Positions 37,793 through 45,279 of a DNA stretch of 64,000 nucleotides are shown piece after piece. The notes beneath the pieces were generated by a model, which saw nothing but the letters and a program-made list of their open reading frames with translations, had not been told where the DNA came from and did not search any database. Numbering within the stretch: position 1 is the stretch's first letter; every line of letters begins with the position of its first letter. Both the position numbers and the translations under genes were made by a program. This DNA is from a virus. The DNA is taken from the IMG/VR virus record IMGVR_UViG_3300029199_000001. One strand, given 5' to 3'.

Positions 37793-38221
37793 TCAGTCCT
37801 TTTGTCGAATCCGATGAACCACATTTTGCACAACGCGTAACCAGCGTTTCTCCGAGTTCCGGAGTTCCCGGTTGGGTTCACGCCACACAATCTGACCAGG
37901 GTGTTGCTTCAGGATTTCGACCGTCATGGGTGATTGACGAAGGTTGTGTTGAAGGGTCATCTCCAACATCCGTTCCAGTCCAATCACGTTCTCCCAACTG
38001 TACTTATTTTTCACCGCCAGCTCGGACGTATCCTTGGCGCGTAAGAACCGCTGGTTGTTGCCGGAAGTGATCACGTAGTAGTAATACCCGGCGTACATGT
38101 GAAAGGTCCGTTCGTCAATGGTCTGCTTAGGGGCACTGTGATAGTACCCCAAGACCCGCCCAAGCGGGTTGTCAGTGCGTGGTGCGATGTTGATTACGCT
38201 ACTGCTAAGTGCTGCCGTCAT
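37793..38221 (-). CDS. hypothetical protein (142 aa)
   Basis: Abuts the upstream gene. Confidence 0.65.
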   Translation of the reverse strand: MTAALSSSVINIAPRTDNPLGRVLGYYHSAPKQTIDERTFHMYAGYYYYVITSGNNQRFLRAKDTSELAVKNKYSWENVIGLERMLEMTLQHNLRQSPMTVEILKQHPGQIVWREPNRELRNSEKRWLRVVQNVVHRIRQKD

Positions 38222-38223
38222 AA

Positions 38224-38979
38224 TTATCCCTTATCGCGTTTAGACGGGGGTGTTATAGATAGTGGATCACGGATGGTTACCGTGTGCAGACTGATGTCCG
38301 TGGGATCTTTGGACCAACGCATTTCGAGGATGTAGTCCTCCTGCTTCGGTCCCAAGGCCACCAAGCCTCGCCGGAACACGTTCCACGACATGCGTGGGGC
38401 GAGTAAGTCGCGATGCAATGCATTGATCGCACTGTTGATCTCCTGACGCGTCTGCGGAACACCCTGCAATGGGTTCTTGACATATTCCTCCAACAACGCG
38501 TTCCAACGGATCACGTCGATTTCTTCCTCCGTAACAATCCGACGGAAAAGGCGGGCCAGTGTGTTGGCTGGCTTTTTCATGTCGCTGAACACGTTGCTTT
38601 CCTCAGGCCCAAACGTATTCAGTTCGGGATCGGCTTCGTCTTCAGCGGGATCAATCTTAATCGGGTAACGCGAGACCCGACCGCTTTTCCACGTCAGTTG
38701 TATGGTCAGTGTTGCCGACACAGGGTTGAGAAAATCGACCCCTTTCTTGAACGTGGCCCACGTGAAATCGTCGTGGGTTAATGCCTTGTTCAAGTTGCCT
38801 TTGTCGGCCTTCTTTTTGTTGTGAGGTTTTTCAAAGAATAACTTTGCCCTCTTGTTCCACGTAAACTGGTTGACCTTGCGCCACAACAGGGTGTTGCGGA
38901 ACAGGTAACACAGTATGCCCTGCGCTCGGTTCGTTCCTTTTAAGGGATCGGCGAGCAGATCTTTTACATCTTGATTCAT
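38224..38979 (-). CDS. conserved jumbo-phage protein with two internally repeated domains (251 aa)
   Basis: Halves share an L--LFR...W...NL--AL......W--F--G---L-P pattern. Confidence 0.65.
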   Translation of the reverse strand: MNQDVKDLLADPLKGTNRAQGILCYLFRNTLLWRKVNQFTWNKRAKLFFEKPHNKKKADKGNLNKALTHDDFTWATFKKGVDFLNPVSATLTIQLTWKSGRVSRYPIKIDPAEDEADPELNTFGPEESNVFSDMKKPANTLARLFRRIVTEEEIDVIRWNALLEEYVKNPLQGVPQTRQEINSAINALHRDLLAPRMSWNVFRRGLVALGPKQEDYILEMRWSKDPTDISLHTVTIRDPLSITPPSKRDKG

Positions 38980-39098
38980 TTTATTATCACCCTACGGTGC
39001 TGGGCCAGACTGACCCGGTTTGTGAAAACACAAACGACGTGCGACTGACGCCTTTATACAGTCGCAATAGGAATCATTATGTCATCGTTTGACCTCTG

Positions 39099-39599
39099 TT
39101 ATGACTGGATTGAGTTGATCAACACATGGATGAGAGTGACCAGATCCTTGTAGATCATCTCGCTGTGTCTTTCATAGAAATGTCCGGTGTGCCGAGTCAC
39201 CAGACAGTGATGGGCTTGGATCAAACCGCGTAACCGGTTGAACAGCTGAACCTCGTCAATGGGGAGATGTTGATCGTCCGCCAAATAGAAGTCCAAGCTG
39301 ACCACCTTGGTGTCGCGTCCGTCCTGTCCCAATCTTCTTTCCAACTGCGCATCCGCTTCGTCCGCGATCAGTTGGTTTTGGTTTTTCAACGCCGCCACGA
39401 GGGCAGGTAGGTTGGGATAACACACAGCCACGTGTTGCTGCGTGCGGTATTCGGTGGTAATGGGAAAAAGATCTTCTGGTTTTAAGCACCTCCACAGTTT
39501 CTCAAGTTCGCTGGTGATGGTCTCACTGTCGGTGACCACCAAGGATGAGTTTTCCAATAGACGACGGTATCGGCGCAGTCGCCAAGCGCGTATGAACAT
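39099..39599 (-). CDS. hypothetical protein (166 aa)
   Basis: AGGGA RBS; variant motif CTATATCAT at 39669-39677. Confidence 0.7.
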   Translation of the reverse strand: MFIRAWRLRRYRRLLENSSLVVTDSETITSELEKLWRCLKPEDLFPITTEYRTQQHVAVCYPNLPALVAALKNQNQLIADEADAQLERRLGQDGRDTKVVSLDFYLADDQHLPIDEVQLFNRLRGLIQAHHCLVTRHTGHFYERHSEMIYKDLVTLIHVLINSIQS

Positions 39600-39738
39600 G
39601 TAGGTCCCCTATGGTTTTACAAAAGTCTCCGAGACCGCATCGTTATTAGGTTTGGTCATACCAAACTGATGATATAGGTCTAAAGTCGGCTTCAGTACTA
39701 TAGAGTCTGAGTAACCCGTAATTTCTCTGGAGAATCCC

Positions 39739-40248
39739 ATGACTGAACATAAAGACGGTGGCGATGCCACCATGGAATATCGCGAGACATTGAATTACAG
39801 CCAAGGCGTGCGAAAACGCATCGTCGACCACTTTGTAGGTGAGGGCAGTATCCCCAGTGACCCCAAGGAACTGAACGTTGTCCTTAAGGCACTGGGGGAT
39901 ATGGATAAGACCGTGTTGATGGATCGGAAGAACGACATCGACCAAGGCAACGCCGACACCTCGAAACAGGTGGCCGAGGCCATGAGCGAGTTCATTCAGA
40001 TGCAGCAGAACAAGAACCCATTCCAGCGTTCGACCGATGGGGGCGTTGTGCCCCAACAACCAGCACCCGAGTCACTTCAGCCGCCCAGTGTGGATGTGGA
40101 GAAGCTGGGCGATTATCAATTGGTGGAAGGTGAAACCGAAGTGGGTGTGGTCAATGAATCCTACAAGGAGTTCATGGCCCGCATGGAAAAGGAAAAGGAA
40201 AATGGTGTCCGTCCGGCTCCTACCGGGGATGAGGACGTGGGTGATTAA
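39739..40248 (+). CDS. hypothetical protein (169 aa)
   Basis: GGAG RBS; followed by a terminator. Confidence 0.7.
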   Translation: MTEHKDGGDATMEYRETLNYSQGVRKRIVDHFVGEGSIPSDPKELNVVLKALGDMDKTVLMDRKNDIDQGNADTSKQVAEAMSEFIQMQQNKNPFQRSTDGGVVPQQPAPESLQPPSVDVEKLGDYQLVEGETEVGVVNESYKEFMARMEKEKENGVRPAPTGDEDVGD

Positions 40249-40268
40249 AAAAGAAAAGGACCGAGTGA

Positions 40269-40298
40269 CAGAGGGGCACGCGCCCCTCTGTTTATGCC
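40269..40298. terminator. hairpin followed by TTTATGCC
   Basis: CAGAGGGGC/GCCCCTCTG. Confidence 0.7.
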
Positions 40299-40645
40299 GA
40301 CGTCACGTAGTACGTGGGTCGATAGAACTGGTGATTGCCTACTGTACTAACCGCCTGCATGTTGTCCCAATTGGGTACTACAGTGTGATTATGGTAGTTG
40401 ACAATCTGTTCGGCATAAGGCAACTCGGCGACCTTCTTGAGGTGTAGGTACTCGACCGCAATCAAGTACGCCTCCTTGTAGGCCTCTTCATCGGTGACTT
40501 GGTCTGACCGGCCATCGTGGGTCCAGCTGAACTGATACGCCTCTCTGACGACGCCACAGGCCGTCTCAGGCCACCATTTCTTCTTCATGCGGTTGACCAC
40601 GACCTGAGCAACGAGTTCTTGGCCCAGTTCGGGCTCACCACGGGC
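40292..40645 (-). pseudogene. orphan 3' half of a SleB-type cell wall hydrolase (ARGEPELGQELVAQVVVNRM...), lacking N-terminus and catalytic Glu
   Basis: Frame open from GCC at 40645 with TAG directly upstream; homologous to the 3' half of 41311-41958. Confidence 0.75.
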
Positions 40646-40651
40646 CTAACC

Positions 40652-41305
40652 TTACAGCGAAGTGTAGTGCGGATCGGGTTTGTTAGAGTATCGATTTGGT
40701 GTTTCCACTGCTTCCTCAGGGCTCATACCCATGACGCGAATCCGATATCTAAGCATAGACTCTTTAACCCCAGTACGTCTGGAGAGTTCCATAAACGTGT
40801 GTTCCACACCACGGTATTCAATCCTGGCACTATGGGTTTGATTTTGAGCCTGCTCTAAACGAGTTGCCCAATAACAATTCTGTTTTGTGTAATCCCCATC
40901 ATTGTTAATCCTTTCGATGGTGTGTTTTGGTGTCGGTTTCTCACCCATATCGCTTAAGAAAGCTTCGAAGTCCTCCCAACGGGGGTCGTATTTTATTCCA
41001 CGACCCCCGTAGTATGGGTAATCACTGGCTTTTGGATTTCCACAACGATTCTTCATTGCCTGCCAGCTTTTGTAAGTAGGGTTATTGCTTTTACCATGCT
41101 TACGAAACATTTTGGAAACACGTTCTTTGTGGTAGCACCCGCAACTTTTTGTTTTATTGCCCGTAAGTTGATAACTGATCACAGTTACCTCATTGCCACA
41201 AGAACATAGACAGCGCCAGCGCCGTCTACCTTTTTCTTTAGGTTCTAAACGAACAACGGTAAGTCTGCCAAAGGTCTTACCTGTTAAGTCAAGAGCACTA
41301 CCCAT
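40652..41305 (-). CDS. free-standing HNH homing endonuclease
   Basis: DLTGKTFGRLTV, WRCLCSCG, KSCGC, YYGGRGI and TIERINNDGDY..NCYWAT motifs; AT-rich. Confidence 0.9.
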   Translation of the reverse strand: MGSALDLTGKTFGRLTVVRLEPKEKGRRRWRCLCSCGNEVTVISYQLTGNKTKSCGCYHKERVSKMFRKHGKSNNPTYKSWQAMKNRCGNPKASDYPYYGGRGIKYDPRWEDFEAFLSDMGEKPTPKHTIERINNDGDYTKQNCYWATRLEQAQNQTHSARIEYRGVEHTFMELSRRTGVKESMLRYRIRVMGMSPEEAVETPNRYSNKPDPHYTSL

Positions 41306-41310
41306 TTTAC

Positions 41311-41958
41311 TTATCCCCTTGTATAGAAAATATGCGCCCCCTCAACTACCGCGACCGTGAGATTATACCAACCTGGATTCACGTAGTCGGCATGGTAATT
41401 TAATAGACGTTTTGCGTTTTCAACATCAGCTACTTTTTTCAATAGAAGATACTCTATTGCAGTTGTGTAAGCCTTCTCATACGCCACCCGATCACGAACT
41501 TGGTCACTCTTACCGTCATGGGTCCAGCTGAACTGATACGATTGACGGATGACCTCGCAGGCGGTGTTGGGGTAATGTCGGTTTTCCATCCGATTGACCA
41601 CGACCTGCGCTACCAACTCCTGCCCGAGTTGGGATTGGTTACGTGATTCATGGTAAATGTTTACCGCTAGGCATTCGACTTCGTTCCAATCGGCGGTCAT
41701 GACATCGTTACCTTTCGGTAGGTCGATGGCAATGTTGTCCCGCCAGGTTTCCGGGGGTACGTCGTGGACGGTGCGGACGATCTTACCGCTAACCCCGTTA
41801 GGAGTGGCGACCTCAACCACCTGAGTCTCAGGGGTCGGTTCAAAGAACGCATGGTTAATGACGATCGAGTTCGGCAATTGGGCAAAGACAAACAGGATCG
41901 CCCCCATCAGAATCACAAACAAAGCCTTGGCTTCGTGGTTTGTTTCATAGGTGGTCAT
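41311..41958 (-). CDS. SleB/Hydrolase_2-type cell wall hydrolase with N-terminal TM segment
   Basis: CLAVNIYHE (catalytic Glu), VAQVVVNR and YQFSW motifs; ATG at 41958 after AGGAG. Confidence 0.88.
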   Translation of the reverse strand: MTTYETNHEAKALFVILMGAILFVFAQLPNSIVINHAFFEPTPETQVVEVATPNGVSGKIVRTVHDVPPETWRDNIAIDLPKGNDVMTADWNEVECLAVNIYHESRNQSQLGQELVAQVVVNRMENRHYPNTACEVIRQSYQFSWTHDGKSDQVRDRVAYEKAYTTAIEYLLLKKVADVENAKRLLNYHADYVNPGWYNLTVAVVEGAHIFYTRG

Positions 41959-42014
41959 GGTCATCACTCCTCTTTTGAATTGAGTATAATGCACATCATT
42001 GACAAACCCTACGA

Positions 42015-42188
42015 TTAAAACTGACGGTTGACGAAGTTCACCGCAGCGGCCACACCGGCGGTTGCAGCGGCACCCACGGCAATGTAGGTGACGTGTTTGG
42101 CGGCGGATTGACCTTTGATGGTCCGACGATCCAAGTTGATTTTCTTGTTGCGGGTGTTGAAGCTTACGGGGCCAACTTTAATGATCAT
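42015..42188 (-). CDS. small protein with C-terminal hydrophobic helix (57 aa, MIIKVGP...)
   Basis: ATG at 42188 with GAGGA; promoter motif upstream. Confidence 0.65.
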   Translation of the reverse strand: MIIKVGPVSFNTRNKKINLDRRTIKGQSAAKHVTYIAVGAAATAGVAAAVNFVNRQF

Positions 42189-42247
42189 GATACTTTTCCT
42201 CAAAGTAATGTGATAAGGGTTAACTCGATTGGAGTTATACCACCTGA

Positions 42248-42256
42248 GTGATATAG
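42248..42256 (-). promoter_or_regulatory. CTATATCAC putative early promoter core
   Basis: Exact copy downstream of a terminator. Confidence 0.65.
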
Positions 42257-42282
42257 GCGTCAGTTTGCTTGGAATTGAAGAC

Positions 42283-42309
42283 GGCATAAACGCCGTCCCG
42301 AAGGACGGC
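42283..42309 (-). terminator. UUCG hairpin followed by GUUUAUGCC
   Basis: GCCGUCC-UUCG-GGACGGC. Confidence 0.75.
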
Positions 42310-42314
42310 ACTTA

Positions 42315-43025
42315 TTATTCGGGCGGTTTGTTCAATGGGCGGAACATCGAGAACCACGACGGGTCGATGAACTCCAGCTCCAAGTGGTCCAAGAACCCCA
42401 ACCGGAACGCCACGAACTCGTCGCGCTTTTGTTCGTCCGTCAGGCGTTCGGGTTTGCGCTCGAACAACCGGGGAATGATGAACGTCACGTCCCGACAATG
42501 ACACCTCACCAACGCCGTGTGGTGGTGGCGCACCCATTGATGAAAATCAAACAGGATCATGGCATCGTAGTTATCCCGGATGAATTCGGGGGTGAGCTCG
42601 TCCAAGGGACGGGAGATGAAGAACACCGGGAGATCCTTGTACGTGTTCATCTTAAGGATGTCCGCCAGCTCCTCCATTTCCTCGTCGTCGAACGGGTACG
42701 GGGCCACGTTGATTTCAACCGCCACCTCGTCGGCTGTCATGCCTTCTTTCATGTTCTGGTGGTACTCAGCCAGAACCCGCCCCAGCACCGCCAGGATCGA
42801 CGTCATGACGGATTCCCTCAGGGTTTCCTTGTCACGCTGTTCCCAGGCTTCGGTGAACTGCTCGTTGTTCAGGTACCCATTGGACAGTTCGTGCCAGTCC
42901 GTGTGTTCCCGATCCCAATAACGGTCGCCCTGAATGACCTGAATCGCCGCTTCGGGGTTGAGCTTCGCCACCGTCCCCAGTCGGGTGTCCAACAGACCGT
43001 CCAAATCAATGTAGATTTTACGCAC
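42315..43025 (-). CDS. conserved jumbo-phage protein with N-terminal DxD (HAD-like) motif
   Basis: IYIDLDGLLDTRLG; GGAG RBS. Confidence 0.6.
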   Translation of the reverse strand: MRKIYIDLDGLLDTRLGTVAKLNPEAAIQVIQGDRYWDREHTDWHELSNGYLNNEQFTEAWEQRDKETLRESVMTSILAVLGRVLAEYHQNMKEGMTADEVAVEINVAPYPFDDEEMEELADILKMNTYKDLPVFFISRPLDELTPEFIRDNYDAMILFDFHQWVRHHHTALVRCHCRDVTFIIPRLFERKPERLTDEQKRDEFVAFRLGFLDHLELEFIDPSWFSMFRPLNKPPE

Positions 43026-43028
43026 GGG

Positions 43029-43544
43029 TTATTCCTCCGTTATTTTACTCCCGGACGTTCGTGCCACCAGGGGTTCGAGTAGGTTTCCGGGAATCACACG
43101 GGTGAGGCAACGCTCCAGCGACAGGGTGAAACACAACCAGATTTCCGACTGCAACAAGTTGGCCACTGTTTCCTGCTTGGGCACTTTTTCTGTGAACGTG
43201 TCGTCCGCAACGCTCCCAGCTTTGTTGACTGCAGAGCTGATGCCTTTTGCCAACGTCGTGCATTGCGAACTAAACCGGTGGTCGCCACCGTTATCGTCCA
43301 TCAAACGGTTGTAAAAACCGATGCTGGCACGCAGTATCAGGTCAAGCAGTTTCTCGTCCCGGCGCAGCTCGGCCCACAGTTGTTCGCGTGCCATGTCCGC
43401 GTTGATGTAATAAATGCGGTGCTCGTGACGCAACCGTAATGCCCAAGCGTAAAACGTATTGTGCATCTCACGCGGTTGGAGCTTCAACTCTTCTTCGATG
43501 GCGCCGGTAACGGCCACAGTGACTTCTTCGTACAGTGATAGCAT
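43029..43544 (-). CDS. hypothetical protein (171 aa)
   Basis: AAGGA RBS; tightly packed operon. Confidence 0.7.
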   Translation of the reverse strand: MLSLYEEVTVAVTGAIEEELKLQPREMHNTFYAWALRLRHEHRIYYINADMAREQLWAELRRDEKLLDLILRASIGFYNRLMDDNGGDHRFSSQCTTLAKGISSAVNKAGSVADDTFTEKVPKQETVANLLQSEIWLCFTLSLERCLTRVIPGNLLEPLVARTSGSKITEE

Positions 43545-43553
43545 TGCGATTCC

Positions 43554-44228
43554 TTATTGTCGTAGATTGCTATTCAGGTGCATGGCTTTCAGCATAACGT
43601 CGAGGGTCTGAGTAGACTTTACGGTGGTATCGCCTTCGCTATCGATTTCATTCATTGACGCTTCGCCGGTTTCCATGATACTGCGGTTCATGGCGTTGAA
43701 CGACCGGGTGTCACCACCCCGGTACTTGATCAGCTCCAGTACCATGTTGTCCAAACCTTTGGCGGCGTTTACCTGCAGTTCCGGGTACGAGATACTGGCG
43801 CCTTTCGACGGCCCGGTGGGCTGGCCGGAACGATCGTCCACAGCGCGGTTGTTTTCCGGTATGGAAATCTTCTTGTACAGCATCTGCGCCTGACGACGCA
43901 ATGGCAACATCAACACCAAGTGTTTGACTGGGGTTTTCACCACCTGACCCGTTTGGGGGTCGGTCAAGTACAAGTGCTGGTAGAACTCGTGACCCAACTC
44001 TTCGGCGATCTCGAAGTTGCGGTTGATGTCGAGCTTGTGCTCGCTCAGATTCGGAATGAACAAGGACAGGGTTTCACTGCCTGATTCCAACCGCTCAATG
44101 AACGCTTCGAACTCGCGGTTCGACATGGCGTTCAGCCGCTTCTCATAAATGGCCCGGTTTTCGGAACCGGGCGCGAAACGGTCGATGAAGTACAACAATT
44201 CTTGCGTGGCCTTTTCTCTGGGTGTCAT
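43554..44228 (-). CDS. virion RNA polymerase beta subunit, C-terminal part (phiKZ gp149-like)
   Basis: RRQAQMLYKKIS, RSGQPTGPSKG and SYPELQV motifs of the beta C-terminus; ATG at 44228. Confidence 0.8.
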   Translation of the reverse strand: MTPREKATQELLYFIDRFAPGSENRAIYEKRLNAMSNREFEAFIERLESGSETLSLFIPNLSEHKLDINRNFEIAEELGHEFYQHLYLTDPQTGQVVKTPVKHLVLMLPLRRQAQMLYKKISIPENNRAVDDRSGQPTGPSKGASISYPELQVNAAKGLDNMVLELIKYRGGDTRSFNAMNRSIMETGEASMNEIDSEGDTTVKSTQTLDVMLKAMHLNSNLRQ

Positions 44229-44283
44229 GCGATGACCTCTCTTTGTGTTAGGGGGCTCTGTCATAAAATAGCCCGCGCTGGGC

Positions 44284-44580
44284 TCAGTAGATGTCTTCGC
44301 TGAATAACCGGTCTTGAGGGAACGTTTTGGGACGCCGGACGTTCAACTGCCCGGCCGCCTTGGCTACTTCCAACGCCTCGAACCGATCGAGGAACTCCCC
44401 GAACTGGTCAATGAACCCCTGTTCGGCCTTGGTCCGGAAGTCTTTCGTCATGCCCAGTTGTTTGATTTGCTGATGCATCAACAGATCGAAGTGGCGGGCA
44501 CTGACTACCATGACATCACCCACGCGACACGCCGCAGCCACCACGACCGGTTGAACACCTAACTCTTCTGCCATTGACAT
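44284..44580 (-). CDS. conserved phage hypothetical protein (98 aa)
   Basis: VVAAACR...SARHFD...QGFIDQFG...LFSEDIY pattern recalled from phage proteins. Confidence 0.7.
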   Translation of the reverse strand: MSMAEELGVQPVVVAAACRVGDVMVVSARHFDLLMHQQIKQLGMTKDFRTKAEQGFIDQFGEFLDRFEALEVAKAAGQLNVRRPKTFPQDRLFSEDIY

Positions 44581-44589
44581 GGAATGTCC

Positions 44590-44898
44590 TTATTCTGAAT
44601 ACAGCGACGGAACGTTTTTACCTGACAGTGGAGGGAATCGATGCTCACGCAGGAACGGCAGCACGTGCTGGTCAAACCGCTGCAGCCACTGCTCTTCGGT
44701 GATGTTGGTTTCCAGTACCGAACGGATGGCGGTGGTGTCCGGTGTCATCTGAGCCAGGGTACGGTGAAAGAAGGCGTTGATGTCTTCCAGGTCGTTGGCG
44801 TGTTGGCAGTGACGCAGGAACGATTCCGCCAGCTCCACGTCGTGGTAGCGGATCAGGTAAAACACTTTGGTGCGGATGGTGTGGTTGCGGTGCGGCAT
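44590..44898 (-). CDS. hypothetical protein (102 aa)
   Basis: GGAG RBS; operon context. Confidence 0.7.
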   Translation of the reverse strand: MPHRNHTIRTKVFYLIRYHDVELAESFLRHCQHANDLEDINAFFHRTLAQMTPDTTAIRSVLETNITEEQWLQRFDQHVLPFLREHRFPPLSGKNVPSLYSE

Positions 44899-44916
44899 GA
44901 TAAACTCCGAATGTGG

Positions 44917-45279
44917 TTAAGGGTCGTGTTCCCCGGTCAGCTCGCCACGATACTCTACGTGGGTGACGCGTTTTAAGAACTCGACTAATAAATGACGGTG
45001 GCAAAACGTCCCCGCTCGGCAGTAGCAGCCGAACGCCAAAACGGGATGAGTCAGCAACTCATCCCAGAATAAAGGATCTTGAAACCACCAGTGGTCCAAA
45101 CGAGCCTGGTAAAGGCGGGTGTACTCCGCCTCAGTGATCGTCCCGCGCTTGATTCCCATGACCATGTCCCAGGAAGGCGCGAGACGCAGCTCGCCGGTTT
45201 TCACGGTTGTGTCAACCAGTGGCACACCGGTTTTGGCTAATCGCCGCCAGTGTGCCAACTGGTAAGTGTAGACAATCAT
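44917..45279 (-). CDS. DUF488-like protein
   Basis: LAPSWDM and CYC....CHR motifs. Confidence 0.7.
   Translation of the reverse strand: MIVYTYQLAHWRRLAKTGVPLVDTTVKTGELRLAPSWDMVMGIKRGTITEAEYTRLYQARLDHWWFQDPLFWDELLTHPVLAFGCYCRAGTFCHRHLLVEFLKRVTHVEYRGELTGEHDP

Noticed and set aside
40646-41646. Possible group I intron removing the first hydrolase C-terminus and the HNH gene (segment ends in G)
   Set aside because: The segment is coding almost end to end, with no P3/P4/P7 elements or U.G splice-site helix seen.
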